Below, in pieces: positions 18,582 to 27,569 of a DNA stretch of 64,000 nt (positions are counted from its first letter, which is position 1; each line of letters starts with the position of its first letter). Source of the DNA: a virus. The notes below the pieces were generated by a model. That model saw only the letters and a list, made by a program, of their open reading frames with translations, did no database searches and was not told the origin of the DNA. The stretch lies in the IMG/VR virus record IMGVR_UViG_3300036791_000797, positions 20,646-84,645 of that record; one strand, given 5' to 3'. Both the position numbers and the translations under genes were made by a program.

Positions 18582-18993
18582 GTCGCCTCTGGTGAGGTCG
18601 GTACTGACCCAGGGAGTTGGTGGGCACCACCTGGCTACAGGCCGGGCAGTAGGCCTCACCCTGGCCCGGCCGGGACACGCCGATGTAGGCCAGTGATCCT
18701 TCGCAACGCGTCGTCTTGGCGGTGGCCTTCTGACAGCGCTGGCACTGGGGGATCTCATCGGCCTCGTCCTCGCTCAGGTCCCACTCGCTGGGGTCGGTGA
18801 CATCGATTGGGTAGACCCGGATCTCGAACCAGGACAGCCCCCGAGGGCGCTGGTAGCCAGGACGGGCCTGCTTGGGCACCAGGATCCCGCACAGGGTCTT
18901 CTCAGCCCCCTCGGGCAGCAGGTGGACACTGGTGGGCGGGGTGGTGGTGTAGAGGCTCTGAGAGCGGCTCCAGGCCACTGGGGTGAGGCTCAT
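18556..18993 (-). CDS. Cys-rich hypothetical protein
   Basis: ORF; its stop codon is the TAA of the next -10. Confidence 0.6.
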   Translation of the reverse strand: MSLTPVAWSRSQSLYTTTPPTSVHLLPEGAEKTLCGILVPKQARPGYQRPRGLSWFEIRVYPIDVTDPSEWDLSEDEADEIPQCQRCQKATAKTTRCEGSLAYIGVSRPGQGEAYCPACSQVVPTNSLGQYRPHQRRLASSKDSC

Positions 18994-19706
18994 GACTCAA
19001 GCGCCTTGATCAGCATGTTCATAGTGCCCCTCTTTGACCGAGGCATCTGGAAGACCGGCTCGGGTGTATGCCCGGCCGAGCCACAGTGGCGACAACGCCA
19101 GCCGTCTCGGCGCAGTACCGTTTGGCGGACCTGGTGCCAGTAGGGTGAGGACACGAACTGGGTGTAGTAGCCCTCGTAAGGCTTGGGTGCATGTAACCAG
19201 GGATCGGCGGTGTGAGCGGCCTTGTGACAGGGATCGCACACGGTGATAAGATCGCCCAGATGAGCATGCTCCTGGGTGTGGTGATCATAGGTGAGATGGT
19301 GAATGATCAGCCGTTCCGAGGTCCGTTGCAGAGCTTGCTCTTGGGCTTGGGCATTGATGTGCGGATTGGTGCCTCGTAGTACCATCTGGGCCTTGAGCCA
19401 GCCTGGATCGCCGGGTTGCTTCGACTGCCAGTAGCCGTCAGGGTCAACTTGGCGGAGATGCCGTTGATGGGCTATCCCGGCCTGGGCCTGTTGCTGTCGT
19501 TCGACTAGCTCGGGGTGTAGGGCCAGGTATTGAGCCTTGGTGTCCTCGTCCTGACGCCACCAGACGCTTTCCTGTTGCCGAGGCTCCAGATCCCAGAACG
19601 AGACCGGAGCCGGGGGTGGGTAGTAGACGGGCTCCGGCCGCGATGGCCTAGAAGGAGCGGACGCGGGCGTGGTCAGCCACTGCTTCAGTCGCTGCCAGAA
19701 GGTCAT
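18990..19706 (-). CDS. HNH-like protein with permuted motif order
   Basis: HHLTY..LITVCDPCH precedes W..VR..VLRRD..RC..CG. Confidence 0.6.
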   Translation of the reverse strand: MTFWQRLKQWLTTPASAPSRPSRPEPVYYPPPAPVSFWDLEPRQQESVWWRQDEDTKAQYLALHPELVERQQQAQAGIAHQRHLRQVDPDGYWQSKQPGDPGWLKAQMVLRGTNPHINAQAQEQALQRTSERLIIHHLTYDHHTQEHAHLGDLITVCDPCHKAAHTADPWLHAPKPYEGYYTQFVSSPYWHQVRQTVLRRDGWRCRHCGSAGHTPEPVFQMPRSKRGTMNMLIKALES

Positions 19707-19885
19707 GATTGACCCCTCTTGGCCTTGAGGACGGGCTGACGGTTGCCACAGCGAGCCACATAGCCGTCGGCGTTGGCCGGGGCGTTGTGGGAGGCCAGGT
19801 AGGCCCGGTCCTGCCAGGGCTGCTGGCGTACCGGCACCTCGGTCTGGCCGCACTTGGGGCAGGTGGCCGTCATGACCTTAGCCAT
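19703..19885 (-). CDS. small Zn-ribbon protein
   Basis: CPKCG; ATGA overlap. Confidence 0.55.
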   Translation of the reverse strand: MAKVMTATCPKCGQTEVPVRQQPWQDRAYLASHNAPANADGYVARCGNRQPVLKAKRGQS

Positions 19886-20129
19886 GGTCGATCCCTGCGG
19901 CACTGTAGCCAGTGGATGTCGCTCGCCGTAGACAACGACGGCAGATGATCGGGTGAACCTGCGCCCAGGACATGCCACCACGAACCGAGATGCGCTTTGC
20001 GTCGTCAAGGATTACTGGCGTTCCACAGACTGCCGTGCCAGTTACGAGCCAGCGGGCATGCCACTTACCTCGGTCATCGACGGGGGCGAAAAACTCGGCG
20101 TGACGTGCCGTCAAGCGAGGCTGGTTCAT
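19878..20129 (-). CDS. hypothetical protein
   Basis: ATGA overlap; H..C..CxxC. Confidence 0.55.
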   Translation of the reverse strand: MNQPRLTARHAEFFAPVDDRGKWHARWLVTGTAVCGTPVILDDAKRISVRGGMSWAQVHPIICRRCLRRATSTGYSAAGIDHG

Positions 20130-20692
20130 GACCACACCACCTCCTTGCCGTGCGCCCTGGCGAACTCCGCCACCTCACGCAGTTGCGCCAGGCGGTCCTC
20201 GGTGTAGCCCTCGGGACGGCCGCAGGAGATGAACGTGGCGCAGCCCTCCTCGATGAAGGTCTCGGTCTCGGTGCCGGGATCGCCTACCGACATGACCTCG
20301 GCGGCCAGCACCCGGCCCAGGAACTCCTCGGCGTCCATGCAGCCGTAGGGGTCCTCGGGCAGGGGGCCGAAGGGGCCGTCAACGACGCGGGGCCGCAGGC
20401 CCAGGGCGGACAGGATCAGGATGGCGTTGCTGTTGGAGATGTTGAGTTCGGGGCCGCGCTCGGGGTACACGGCCGTGATGAAGCAGTGGCCCAGGTCGCA
20501 GAAGCCCTCCCGCCCGAGGTAGTCGCAGCCCACCAGGACCTCGGGGATGGCCCGGTTCAGGAGATCGTGCTTGACGTAGAACGCCTCGGCGTCGGCGTAG
20601 GTACCGAACACCGGGCCACGGTTGGACTCGCAGGAGCAGCCCACCCGGAAGCCGGTGGGGGTGCCAAGTTCGGAGTGGAAGGTAACGCTCAT
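20126..20692 (-). CDS. hypothetical phage protein
   Basis: promoter-defined start MSVTFH. Confidence 0.7.
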   Translation of the reverse strand: MSVTFHSELGTPTGFRVGCSCESNRGPVFGTYADAEAFYVKHDLLNRAIPEVLVGCDYLGREGFCDLGHCFITAVYPERGPELNISNSNAILILSALGLRPRVVDGPFGPLPEDPYGCMDAEEFLGRVLAAEVMSVGDPGTETETFIEEGCATFISCGRPEGYTEDRLAQLREVAEFARAHGKEVVWS

Positions 20693-20728
20693 GGAACCCA
20701 CGTTAGCAGGTTTCCTTAGAGGAGTCCA
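20693..20728 (-). promoter_or_regulatory. boxed leaderless promoter, copy 6
   Basis: TGGACT-cctctaaggaaacctgc-TAACGT-N7-ATG. Confidence 0.85.
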
Positions 20729-20733
20729 GTCGG

Positions 20734-21063
20734 CTAGTCGTCCCCGTTGTAGGTCTGGACCAGCAGGCTGCGGCCGATCATCTCGGTCCACAGGGCGTCG
20801 TTGGTCAGCCTCCTGGTCTTGGGGTAGTTGACCGGGTTGCGGTAGTACCGGCCGATGCGCTTACCGAGGACGCTGAGGTAGTCATAGCGCTCCCGGCGGC
20901 ACCGCTTGCAGCGCAGGCAGACGATGACATGGGCCATGCGGGCCACCTGGCCGTCGATGTGCTTGGGCGAGGGGTTCTTGCTCCAGTCATGAGCCCACAG
21001 CGCCTTGCAGGTGAGGATGTCGTCACCAAGCTCGGTGATGTCGGTGTACTCAAGAACGGCCAC
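20734..21063 (-). CDS. Zn-binding hypothetical protein
   Basis: C...H.W, CxRC; RBS GAGG. Confidence 0.65.
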   Translation of the reverse strand: MAVLEYTDITELGDDILTCKALWAHDWSKNPSPKHIDGQVARMAHVIVCLRCKRCRRERYDYLSVLGKRIGRYYRNPVNYPKTRRLTNDALWTEMIGRSLLVQTYNGDD

Positions 21064-21418
21064 GGGGTGCCCTCACTTGCTCGCAGATCCACATCGACCC
21101 GTCCTCGCCCAGTCCCACCTTGATGTTCTCCGGGAAGTGGAGCCCTTCGATGGGGGGCGGCAGCACCTCGTTCGGGCGCGCCACCACCGCAGGCAGCAAG
21201 GCCTGGGTCGATGCTTTGCGGGTGGCGTTGGGCCGACGCCCCCGGTGGTTGTACCGGGGGTCGTTACGGACCCGACCGCTGCGCCCACCCCAGATGTTGT
21301 GGACCTTGCGAAGATGGTTGTAGATGTTCTGGCCCTTGTATGTCCCTCCACACTCCGGGCACTGATTCAGGCCCTTCTCATGGAAGTTCTCAACGGCTCC
21401 GTTGTGTTGGTTTGTCAT
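21050..21418 (-). CDS. C2H2 zinc-finger protein
   Basis: CPECG...HLRKVH; start approximate. Confidence 0.6.
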   Translation of the reverse strand: MTNQHNGAVENFHEKGLNQCPECGGTYKGQNIYNHLRKVHNIWGGRSGRVRNDPRYNHRGRRPNATRKASTQALLPAVVARPNEVLPPPIEGLHFPENIKVGLGEDGSMWICEQVRAPRGRS

Positions 21419-21423
21419 AGGAT

Positions 21424-22230
21424 TTATACCGGGCACTCGTCAACGATCGAGCAGGCGCTCTCGACCTCTGAACGCCACTCGTCCATCTGGTCCGAGGTGG
21501 GCTCGTCGGGGGTGAATCGGCCGCTGCCGTCGCAGGTATCGCAGGCGATCTCCTCCTCCTCATCCTCGGAGCCCTCGACCCAGTCCGGGTTGGCGATCGA
21601 GCCGGAGCCTTCGCACTCCTCGCATTCGTCCTCCTCGACCTCGGGCAGGTCGGGGACATCGACGTTCTCGATCTCGTCGGCCCAGGAGTTCAGTTGCTCG
21701 GCCACGTCGGTCAGTTCCTCCGACATGGACGTGGAGTGGCCGAAGCCCTCCTCCACGTTGTTGGCCGACTCTTCCTTCTCCGAGGCGATCTCGCGTACTG
21801 CCTCGGCGGCCTCGTTCAGGGCCTCGGTGATCTCGTCGGGGGTGTCGGCGTTCGAGATGGCCACGCTGAAGTTGTGGCTGATCTCGGCCGTGCGCGCTGA
21901 CAGCGAGGAGGAGTACTCCCACACATTCCAGGAGGGGCACTCGGCGCAGCGGTACAGGGTCCGGCCGCCGTAGGGGCCGGAGCGAGGGGAGATGTGCTTG
22001 TAGGGGTCCCCGACCTTGATCTCGTTGCCGCACTTGCCGCACTTGCGGTTGGGCAGGGGCTTGGACTTGTCGTTCGTGGTCACGCTCAGGAAGATGGGCT
22101 TGCCCTTCTTGGTGACCCGCTGCTTGCCGTTCTTCATGACCGGCGTGCGCTTGGGCTGGCCGTCCTCATCGAGGACGGGGACCTGCTCGTAGCGCTGCTG
22201 GGCAGCCTTGACGTAGGTGGTGCGGGCCAT
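21424..22230 (-). CDS. hypothetical protein with CxxCxGxG Zn finger
   Basis: RBS AAGGAG; CEECEGSG/CDTCDGSG. Confidence 0.7.
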   Translation of the reverse strand: MARTTYVKAAQQRYEQVPVLDEDGQPKRTPVMKNGKQRVTKKGKPIFLSVTTNDKSKPLPNRKCGKCGNEIKVGDPYKHISPRSGPYGGRTLYRCAECPSWNVWEYSSSLSARTAEISHNFSVAISNADTPDEITEALNEAAEAVREIASEKEESANNVEEGFGHSTSMSEELTDVAEQLNSWADEIENVDVPDLPEVEEDECEECEGSGSIANPDWVEGSEDEEEEIACDTCDGSGRFTPDEPTSDQMDEWRSEVESACSIVDECPV

Positions 22231-22264
22231 CGGAGGAAACTCCTTGTTCGTGGTGGTCTCGCCC

Positions 22265-22293
22265 ACCCTAGAGGAGAATCGAGTCATTGTCAA
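22265..22293 (-). promoter_or_regulatory. sigma-A-type promoter (leadered)
   Basis: TTGACA-N17-TAGGGT; predicted leader begins with ACCACCAC. Confidence 0.75.
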
Positions 22294-22326
22294 GTCATCT
22301 TAGAGGACCCAGGCTCCGGGGAGGCC

Positions 22327-22362
22327 CCTGTCCAGGTACACCTCAGGACCCTGAAGGGGTGA
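22327..22362 (+). promoter_or_regulatory. putative late promoter
   Basis: CCTGTC-N20-GAAGGGGTGA. Confidence 0.55.
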
Positions 22363-22389
22363 GATGGGCACGTCAGCGAACCAGGGCGA

Positions 22390-23649
22390 ATGAGTCATCT
22401 CCAGGCCCAGTGGCGACAGGTCCAGGCCTGGCGACTGCCGACGGAGATCCGGGGCTATCCCCTGCCTATCGGCGGCCAGTTCGCCCACACTCAGGACACC
22501 CTGGACCCCGACCTCTTCGATCCCTCCGAGAAGATGTGGCCCTGGATCAGAGGATCCCTCCTGGCCATCCTGGAGGCCTTCTGGCGGCCTCGCTACGGCG
22601 ACTGGCGGCCCTGGACCCGGATCTACCTGGCGGGCTCCCTGGCCAGCTACTGGCACGCCACCCTGGACTTCGACACCCTGGTGGGCGTAGACACCCACCG
22701 CCTGGTGCGTGATCACCCCGAGTTCGGGGGCATGTCCGACGCCGAGGTCTGCCAGGCCCTGACCCATGAGTTCATCACCGAGCTTGACCCCCTGCTCATT
22801 GACTGGAGCTTCCCGCCCGAGCCCAACCTGCACCGGGTCATGCACGCCCTGGGCGGGCCGGATGTGACCGACGTGTACAAGTCGGTGCCAATGACGGTGG
22901 TAACCGGGCTCGGACCCATGGAGATGACCTGGTACGTCAATCCGGCTGCCTACGACATTCGCACCATCAGGCCCTACGCCGCTTACGACGTGACCAACGA
23001 TCGCTGGGCTGTGCATCCCGACAAGATGGCCAAGACGTGGGGAGCCCAGGCTCTGGGCCATGACTTCTGGGAGCGCATGGCTGATGTAGCCGATGGCATC
23101 AAGGCCGCCCTAAAACTTCCAGAACCGGCGCGCACTTCTGAGAGCTTGCGGATATATGACCGCATACACACTGATCGAGGCCAGGCCTTTGGCCCGGCTG
23201 GGCGGGGGGTGACCGACCCCCGCTCCCTGCAGTGGATCGTCCTGAACCGCTGGGGTCTGCTTGGCCCCCTGGAGGTGGCCGCCCATCCCGGCCGGGAGAT
23301 GGCCCACATCCCTCCGGCCATCGCCTCCTCCTGGCGGGCCATCGACCCCGGCTTCGAGTCCGGGGGCCACGGGTCCTGGCGTAACCATCCGGCCGTGGTC
23401 ATCCCCGAGGGTGGGGCGGCCGGGCGCAAGCGCTACACCCTGCACGTCAACGGTGAGCCCAAGGCCAGCCGGTCCACCCTGCGCGAGGCCAAGGAGGCCC
23501 TGGAGAGCGAGTGGGGGCCGCAGGAGTGGAAGCGAGCCCGGCCCCCGAAGCAGTCGGCCACCCACTACCACTTCGGCCCCACTACCGAGTTCTCCGATCC
23601 GGCGGAATATCATTACGTCGAGAATCTGGAGCGCAATCATGAGCAGTGA
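22390..23649 (+). CDS. Pol-beta-superfamily nucleotidyltransferase
   Basis: IYLAGSLASY...DFDTLV (GS..DxD). Confidence 0.65.
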   Translation: MSHLQAQWRQVQAWRLPTEIRGYPLPIGGQFAHTQDTLDPDLFDPSEKMWPWIRGSLLAILEAFWRPRYGDWRPWTRIYLAGSLASYWHATLDFDTLVGVDTHRLVRDHPEFGGMSDAEVCQALTHEFITELDPLLIDWSFPPEPNLHRVMHALGGPDVTDVYKSVPMTVVTGLGPMEMTWYVNPAAYDIRTIRPYAAYDVTNDRWAVHPDKMAKTWGAQALGHDFWERMADVADGIKAALKLPEPARTSESLRIYDRIHTDRGQAFGPAGRGVTDPRSLQWIVLNRWGLLGPLEVAAHPGREMAHIPPAIASSWRAIDPGFESGGHGSWRNHPAVVIPEGGAAGRKRYTLHVNGEPKASRSTLREAKEALESEWGPQEWKRARPPKQSATHYHFGPTTEFSDPAEYHYVENLERNHEQ

Positions 23650-23932
23650 GGTCCTGTCCAAGGAACTGTCCATGCAGAAGAAGGTGCGATGGGTGTTCCC
23701 ACAGGATCTAGAAGAGGGTCAAAAGGCGGCTATTCATGTGGTAGGAATAGCCATAGCTCCGTTCTTTGACTTCTATGGTGACAGGTTTCAGAACTTCGGT
23801 TCGTTCTTTGAAGGAACAGTTGAGCGTATCCTCGATGAGGATGGGGAACTCGTAGCCGTGCAGATTGGGTTCTACCTGATCCCCGACGATCTTCTCGATC
23901 ATCCCAGGGTGACGGCGGTGATCGAGACATGA
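23639..23932 (+). CDS. hypothetical protein (lower GC)
   Basis: RBS GGAG; ORF. Confidence 0.5.
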   Translation: MSSEVLSKELSMQKKVRWVFPQDLEEGQKAAIHVVGIAIAPFFDFYGDRFQNFGSFFEGTVERILDEDGELVAVQIGFYLIPDDLLDHPRVTAVIET

Positions 23933-23951
23933 GCAAGGCTGGAGGGATGCA

Positions 23952-24239
23952 ATGCCCAAGGGAGTCTGTTTCGTAACCGAGAAGCACAAGGCCGGGTTTC
24001 TGTGGGTGATCGGCAACCCGCCCCGGCCCGATGACGCCGTGCTGTACGCCGAGACCGAGCGGGAGATCCAGTACGTGGACTGGCAGACCCAGGTCATGCA
24101 CGTCAGCACCCACGGCGGGGACCTGGTCACCGCGGCTCATCGGCTAGTGGAGCGCTTCGGGGGCAAGGCCGTGAACTACTCGGTAGTCTTAGATCCGGCC
24201 GAGGCCGAGGACCTGGTTTCTCAAGCTCTCTTACATTAG
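23952..24239 (+). CDS. hypothetical protein
   Basis: RBS GGAGG. Confidence 0.6.
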   Translation: MPKGVCFVTEKHKAGFLWVIGNPPRPDDAVLYAETEREIQYVDWQTQVMHVSTHGGDLVTAAHRLVERFGGKAVNYSVVLDPAEAEDLVSQALLH

Positions 24240-24248
24240 GCTTGCCTC

Positions 24249-24836
24249 ATGCCTGTCTGTGGAGCCCCAGATCCTCGCAAGCGGGGAGTCAGTTGCATCC
24301 TACCGCCTGATCATGAGGATGATGAGCATAAGGATGCCTTTGGGGTCTTTGCAGATCCTTGGCCGGTCGAAGGGCGCGATCCGCCTACGATTCCGCCCAG
24401 GACCCAGCGAGAGCAGCAGTTACATCTGCTGGAGATGTCCCGACGTGGTTCTCAACCAAGTCATGCTCTTGAGCCTGATCTACCCAATATGGATGTTCCA
24501 GGTAGATATCGAGCGAGACGAACAGATCCTAGTACTTCAAAATCCGCTGCTAGAGGTAACTACTTATCTCATAGTATTCGCCTTCTCATTGCCTTTTCAA
24601 AGGCCGTAGATGATGGATTGAATCGTGATGAAGCAGCATCAATAGCTGGATTAACCCCTTATCAGGCATCTAAACGAGAATCCGATCTTCACATTCATCA
24701 TGGTTGGATTGAACTTGTAGTGCAGGATGGACGAGAAGTGCTTCGCAGAGGGTCTTCGGGGGAAGATCAGCAAGTTTGGCGAATCACGTTTGCTGGACTG
24801 CAGGAGCTTGTCGAGAGAGGAATCTCCGACAGCTAG
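24249..24836 (+). CDS. hypothetical protein, possible winged HTH
   Basis: -10 TAGGCT 6 nt before ATG; RARRTDPSTS..AA motif. Confidence 0.6.
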   Translation: MPVCGAPDPRKRGVSCILPPDHEDDEHKDAFGVFADPWPVEGRDPPTIPPRTQREQQLHLLEMSRRGSQPSHALEPDLPNMDVPGRYRARRTDPSTSKSAARGNYLSHSIRLLIAFSKAVDDGLNRDEAASIAGLTPYQASKRESDLHIHHGWIELVVQDGREVLRRGSSGEDQQVWRITFAGLQELVERGISDS

Positions 24837-24872
24837 CCTGTCTCTTCCGAGATCAGCCCCACGAAGGAGTGA
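24837..24872 (+). promoter_or_regulatory. putative late promoter
   Basis: CCTGTC-N20-GAAGGAGTGA, overlapped by hairpin CACGAAGG/CCTTCGTG. Confidence 0.55.
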
Positions 24873-24899
24873 AGTTCACCTTCGTGAGGGAGTCCTTGC

Positions 24900-27569
24900 A
24901 TGACCCTGATGGGCTTTGAGGTTCGAGCGGCCAAGGCCAAGGGCGAGCGCAGTTCAGATGAAGAACAGCCGGATCGTCAGCCCATCCGCCCGGCCGAGGT
25001 CTCCCCGGCCCAGCGGCGCAACCTGACCAACGAGGAGCGCACCGTCAAGCGGCGGCGGCGGCGCGTCAACGCGGCCTTCACTCAGCCGGGCTACTACCTG
25101 GTGGACAAGGACGCCGCCCCGCAGTCCGAGCGCTTCGACACCATGAGCGAGGCCGAGGCCCAGCTACAGCCGGAGTCCGGGCAACTGATCCAGTACCTGG
25201 ACCAGGCCCCCAACTCCTCCCACATCGCAGAGCCCTTCCCGCCCAACCTCAACCAAGTCAACGGGAGCCTGTCCATGTCTGCCCACCTCGATGACGAGTT
25301 CCTCTTCGTAGCTGGCATGGGTGGTGAAGAGGCCGACGCCGACGAGGACGAGGGGGCGCAGAACGCCAAGGACGAGGATCTCATCGCCCAGGGGGCCTAC
25401 ACCCCCGAAGAAGAGCGCGAGAACGAGGAGATCCGCCGGGCCAACGAGGAGCGCCGTCAGCCCGCCCCTTATGAGATCGCAAGCTGGCAGAAGAAGGAAT
25501 CCCTGCAGGTACGGGAGGCCCGACTCCTGGCTGCCATGGCCAAATCCTCGGGCGACGAGCAGCGCCAGATCATGGGGGAGCTTGAGGGCCTACGCCGGGA
25601 GGCCCGACGCCAGGTGGTAGCCGATCGGGAGATCGACCTGACCGACGCCTACATCCATGACTCCTTGACCCCGGTGCGGGTCCATGAGCATCACACTGCC
25701 GCCACCGACTGGATCGAAGAGGTAGCCGAGCCCGCCTACGACGCCAGCACCGTCCACCGGGCCATGGTGGTCGAGGCCCGGCGCTGGATGGCCGGAGTCT
25801 CCCCGGCGGTCAAGGAGGACCGGGACGAGTACCTGGAGCAGGCCCGTGGCGTGGCCCGCATCAATGCCTCGGCCATGGGGCCGCACCGGGATCTGGCCTT
25901 CCAGACCTTCATGCGGACTGCGGCCGACGGCGAGAGCGGAGCCCTGCCCTGGAGCGCACCACCCATGGAGTTGCCCCCCACGGGTGGCGGTAACGCCCCC
26001 TTCGGCGTCCCCCAGGGCGGGGCTCCCCTCAACGGCCAGAACTTCAATCCCATGGCCACAGAGGTCTATCCCGGCTCCCAGCCCCTGCCCCTCGACAACG
26101 GGGCCTCAGCCTGGCCTCCGGCCGACAACCTCGAAGGCGAAGAGCCCCTACCGCCGGTCGCTCCCGACAACTACAACGCGGTCGGGGCCGACACCCATAT
26201 GTCGGCCCTGCAGCGAGAGGCCGACGCCAAGGAGTACTCGCCCCGCTCAGGCATGGGCGGCCAGGAGCAGACCAAGCCCTGGAAGGCCACCCACACCTAC
26301 AACCCCATCGGCTGGGACGCCTTCGACGCCCGTCCCCACCCCGGCTCCAAGGCCATCACCCCTGGCGTGCCCATCCAGAACCACGGCTACATGAGCCCCC
26401 GCGGCCCCGGTGGCATGCGCCTGGTCCATGTCTCCGACGAGGCCGGGAACCACCAGACCATCGACAGCCGCTCCCTGGCCGCTTACGACGGCCCCAATCC
26501 CGATCGACCCAACGTCTTCGAGAGTCGCCGTCGCCAGGCCTCCGAGGCCTTCAATGGCCCCAAGCAGACCTACGCCGAGTACCAGGCCCGGCTGTCCGAG
26601 GGATCTGAGCCCATGGACGAGGAGCATTGGGCCGGGTCCATGAGCGCGGTCAGCCCGGCTGCCACCAACACCGTCACCCCGGTCACGGCCATGTTCCGCT
26701 GGGCCGAGCGGGGCACCGACCCCGACCCCCAGGGCAACGACCTGGCCGGAAATCCCATGGCCGGGTACCCCGAGGGCGGCGACTGGGACAAGGACGAGGC
26801 CCATGCCCAGTCCGGCGAGGCCCAGTCCAACCTGCCGCTGGCCCCCGAAGGCCCCACCGTCACCCAGCACCTGGACTTCATCACCGACTTCCCCGACACC
26901 GGCCCCACCGAGGTGCCCTCTGATCGAGCCTTCAACATCTCGGCCAACGGCAGTCATACCGGAGCCACCGTCAATGCCCCCTATGCCTGGGACCCCGGCT
27001 ACGCCGACGAGGACATCGCTGACGACTACGCCAACCATCAGTACATGAGCGAGATCCCCCACGATTTCGAGCCCCAAGGCAACTCCCAGTACTGCCGTAC
27101 CTGCGGGGAATCCCGCCGTCATCCCATGCACGTCTACGCCCGTCGAATGGCAGCCAAGCCACCCCCTGACGTGGGTGAGGACGAGAGCCAGGGCACGTCC
27201 GGGTGGAAGCCCCGTGAGGATTACGCCACTACCCCCGGTGGCCAGGCCGCCTCCACCGAGCAGTACGAGCAGGCCTACTCCTCCGGGCGGAATATCGACT
27301 ACACCGAAACAGGCATCGGGCAGTTGGGCACCGTGCCAGTCCAGGGCTATGGGGCCAATCCCAACGGGGAGATGTTCACCTGGGAGATGGCCCCCGGTGG
27401 AGTACCGGTGGGAGCCGCCAACGTGGCCGATGTGCCGCCCCCAGGGGCCGGACAGGTCGGGGCGGCACAACCCACCGACCTGAACAACCCGGAGTCCCCT
27501 GAGGGCAGGGAGGCGGCTCTGCGAGTCGTCCGGGATCGAGTCCGCTACAACCTGGGAGCCCGGCGATGA
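24900..27569 (+). CDS. large modular putative head/internal protein (889 aa)
   Basis: RBS GAGGGAG; low complexity, recurring [RKH]xA linkers; in portal module. Confidence 0.7.
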   Translation: MTLMGFEVRAAKAKGERSSDEEQPDRQPIRPAEVSPAQRRNLTNEERTVKRRRRRVNAAFTQPGYYLVDKDAAPQSERFDTMSEAEAQLQPESGQLIQYLDQAPNSSHIAEPFPPNLNQVNGSLSMSAHLDDEFLFVAGMGGEEADADEDEGAQNAKDEDLIAQGAYTPEEERENEEIRRANEERRQPAPYEIASWQKKESLQVREARLLAAMAKSSGDEQRQIMGELEGLRREARRQVVADREIDLTDAYIHDSLTPVRVHEHHTAATDWIEEVAEPAYDASTVHRAMVVEARRWMAGVSPAVKEDRDEYLEQARGVARINASAMGPHRDLAFQTFMRTAADGESGALPWSAPPMELPPTGGGNAPFGVPQGGAPLNGQNFNPMATEVYPGSQPLPLDNGASAWPPADNLEGEEPLPPVAPDNYNAVGADTHMSALQREADAKEYSPRSGMGGQEQTKPWKATHTYNPIGWDAFDARPHPGSKAITPGVPIQNHGYMSPRGPGGMRLVHVSDEAGNHQTIDSRSLAAYDGPNPDRPNVFESRRRQASEAFNGPKQTYAEYQARLSEGSEPMDEEHWAGSMSAVSPAATNTVTPVTAMFRWAERGTDPDPQGNDLAGNPMAGYPEGGDWDKDEAHAQSGEAQSNLPLAPEGPTVTQHLDFITDFPDTGPTEVPSDRAFNISANGSHTGATVNAPYAWDPGYADEDIADDYANHQYMSEIPHDFEPQGNSQYCRTCGESRRHPMHVYARRMAAKPPPDVGEDESQGTSGWKPREDYATTPGGQAASTEQYEQAYSSGRNIDYTETGIGQLGTVPVQGYGANPNGEMFTWEMAPGGVPVGAANVADVPPPGAGQVGAAQPTDLNNPESPEGREAALRVVRDRVRYNLGARR

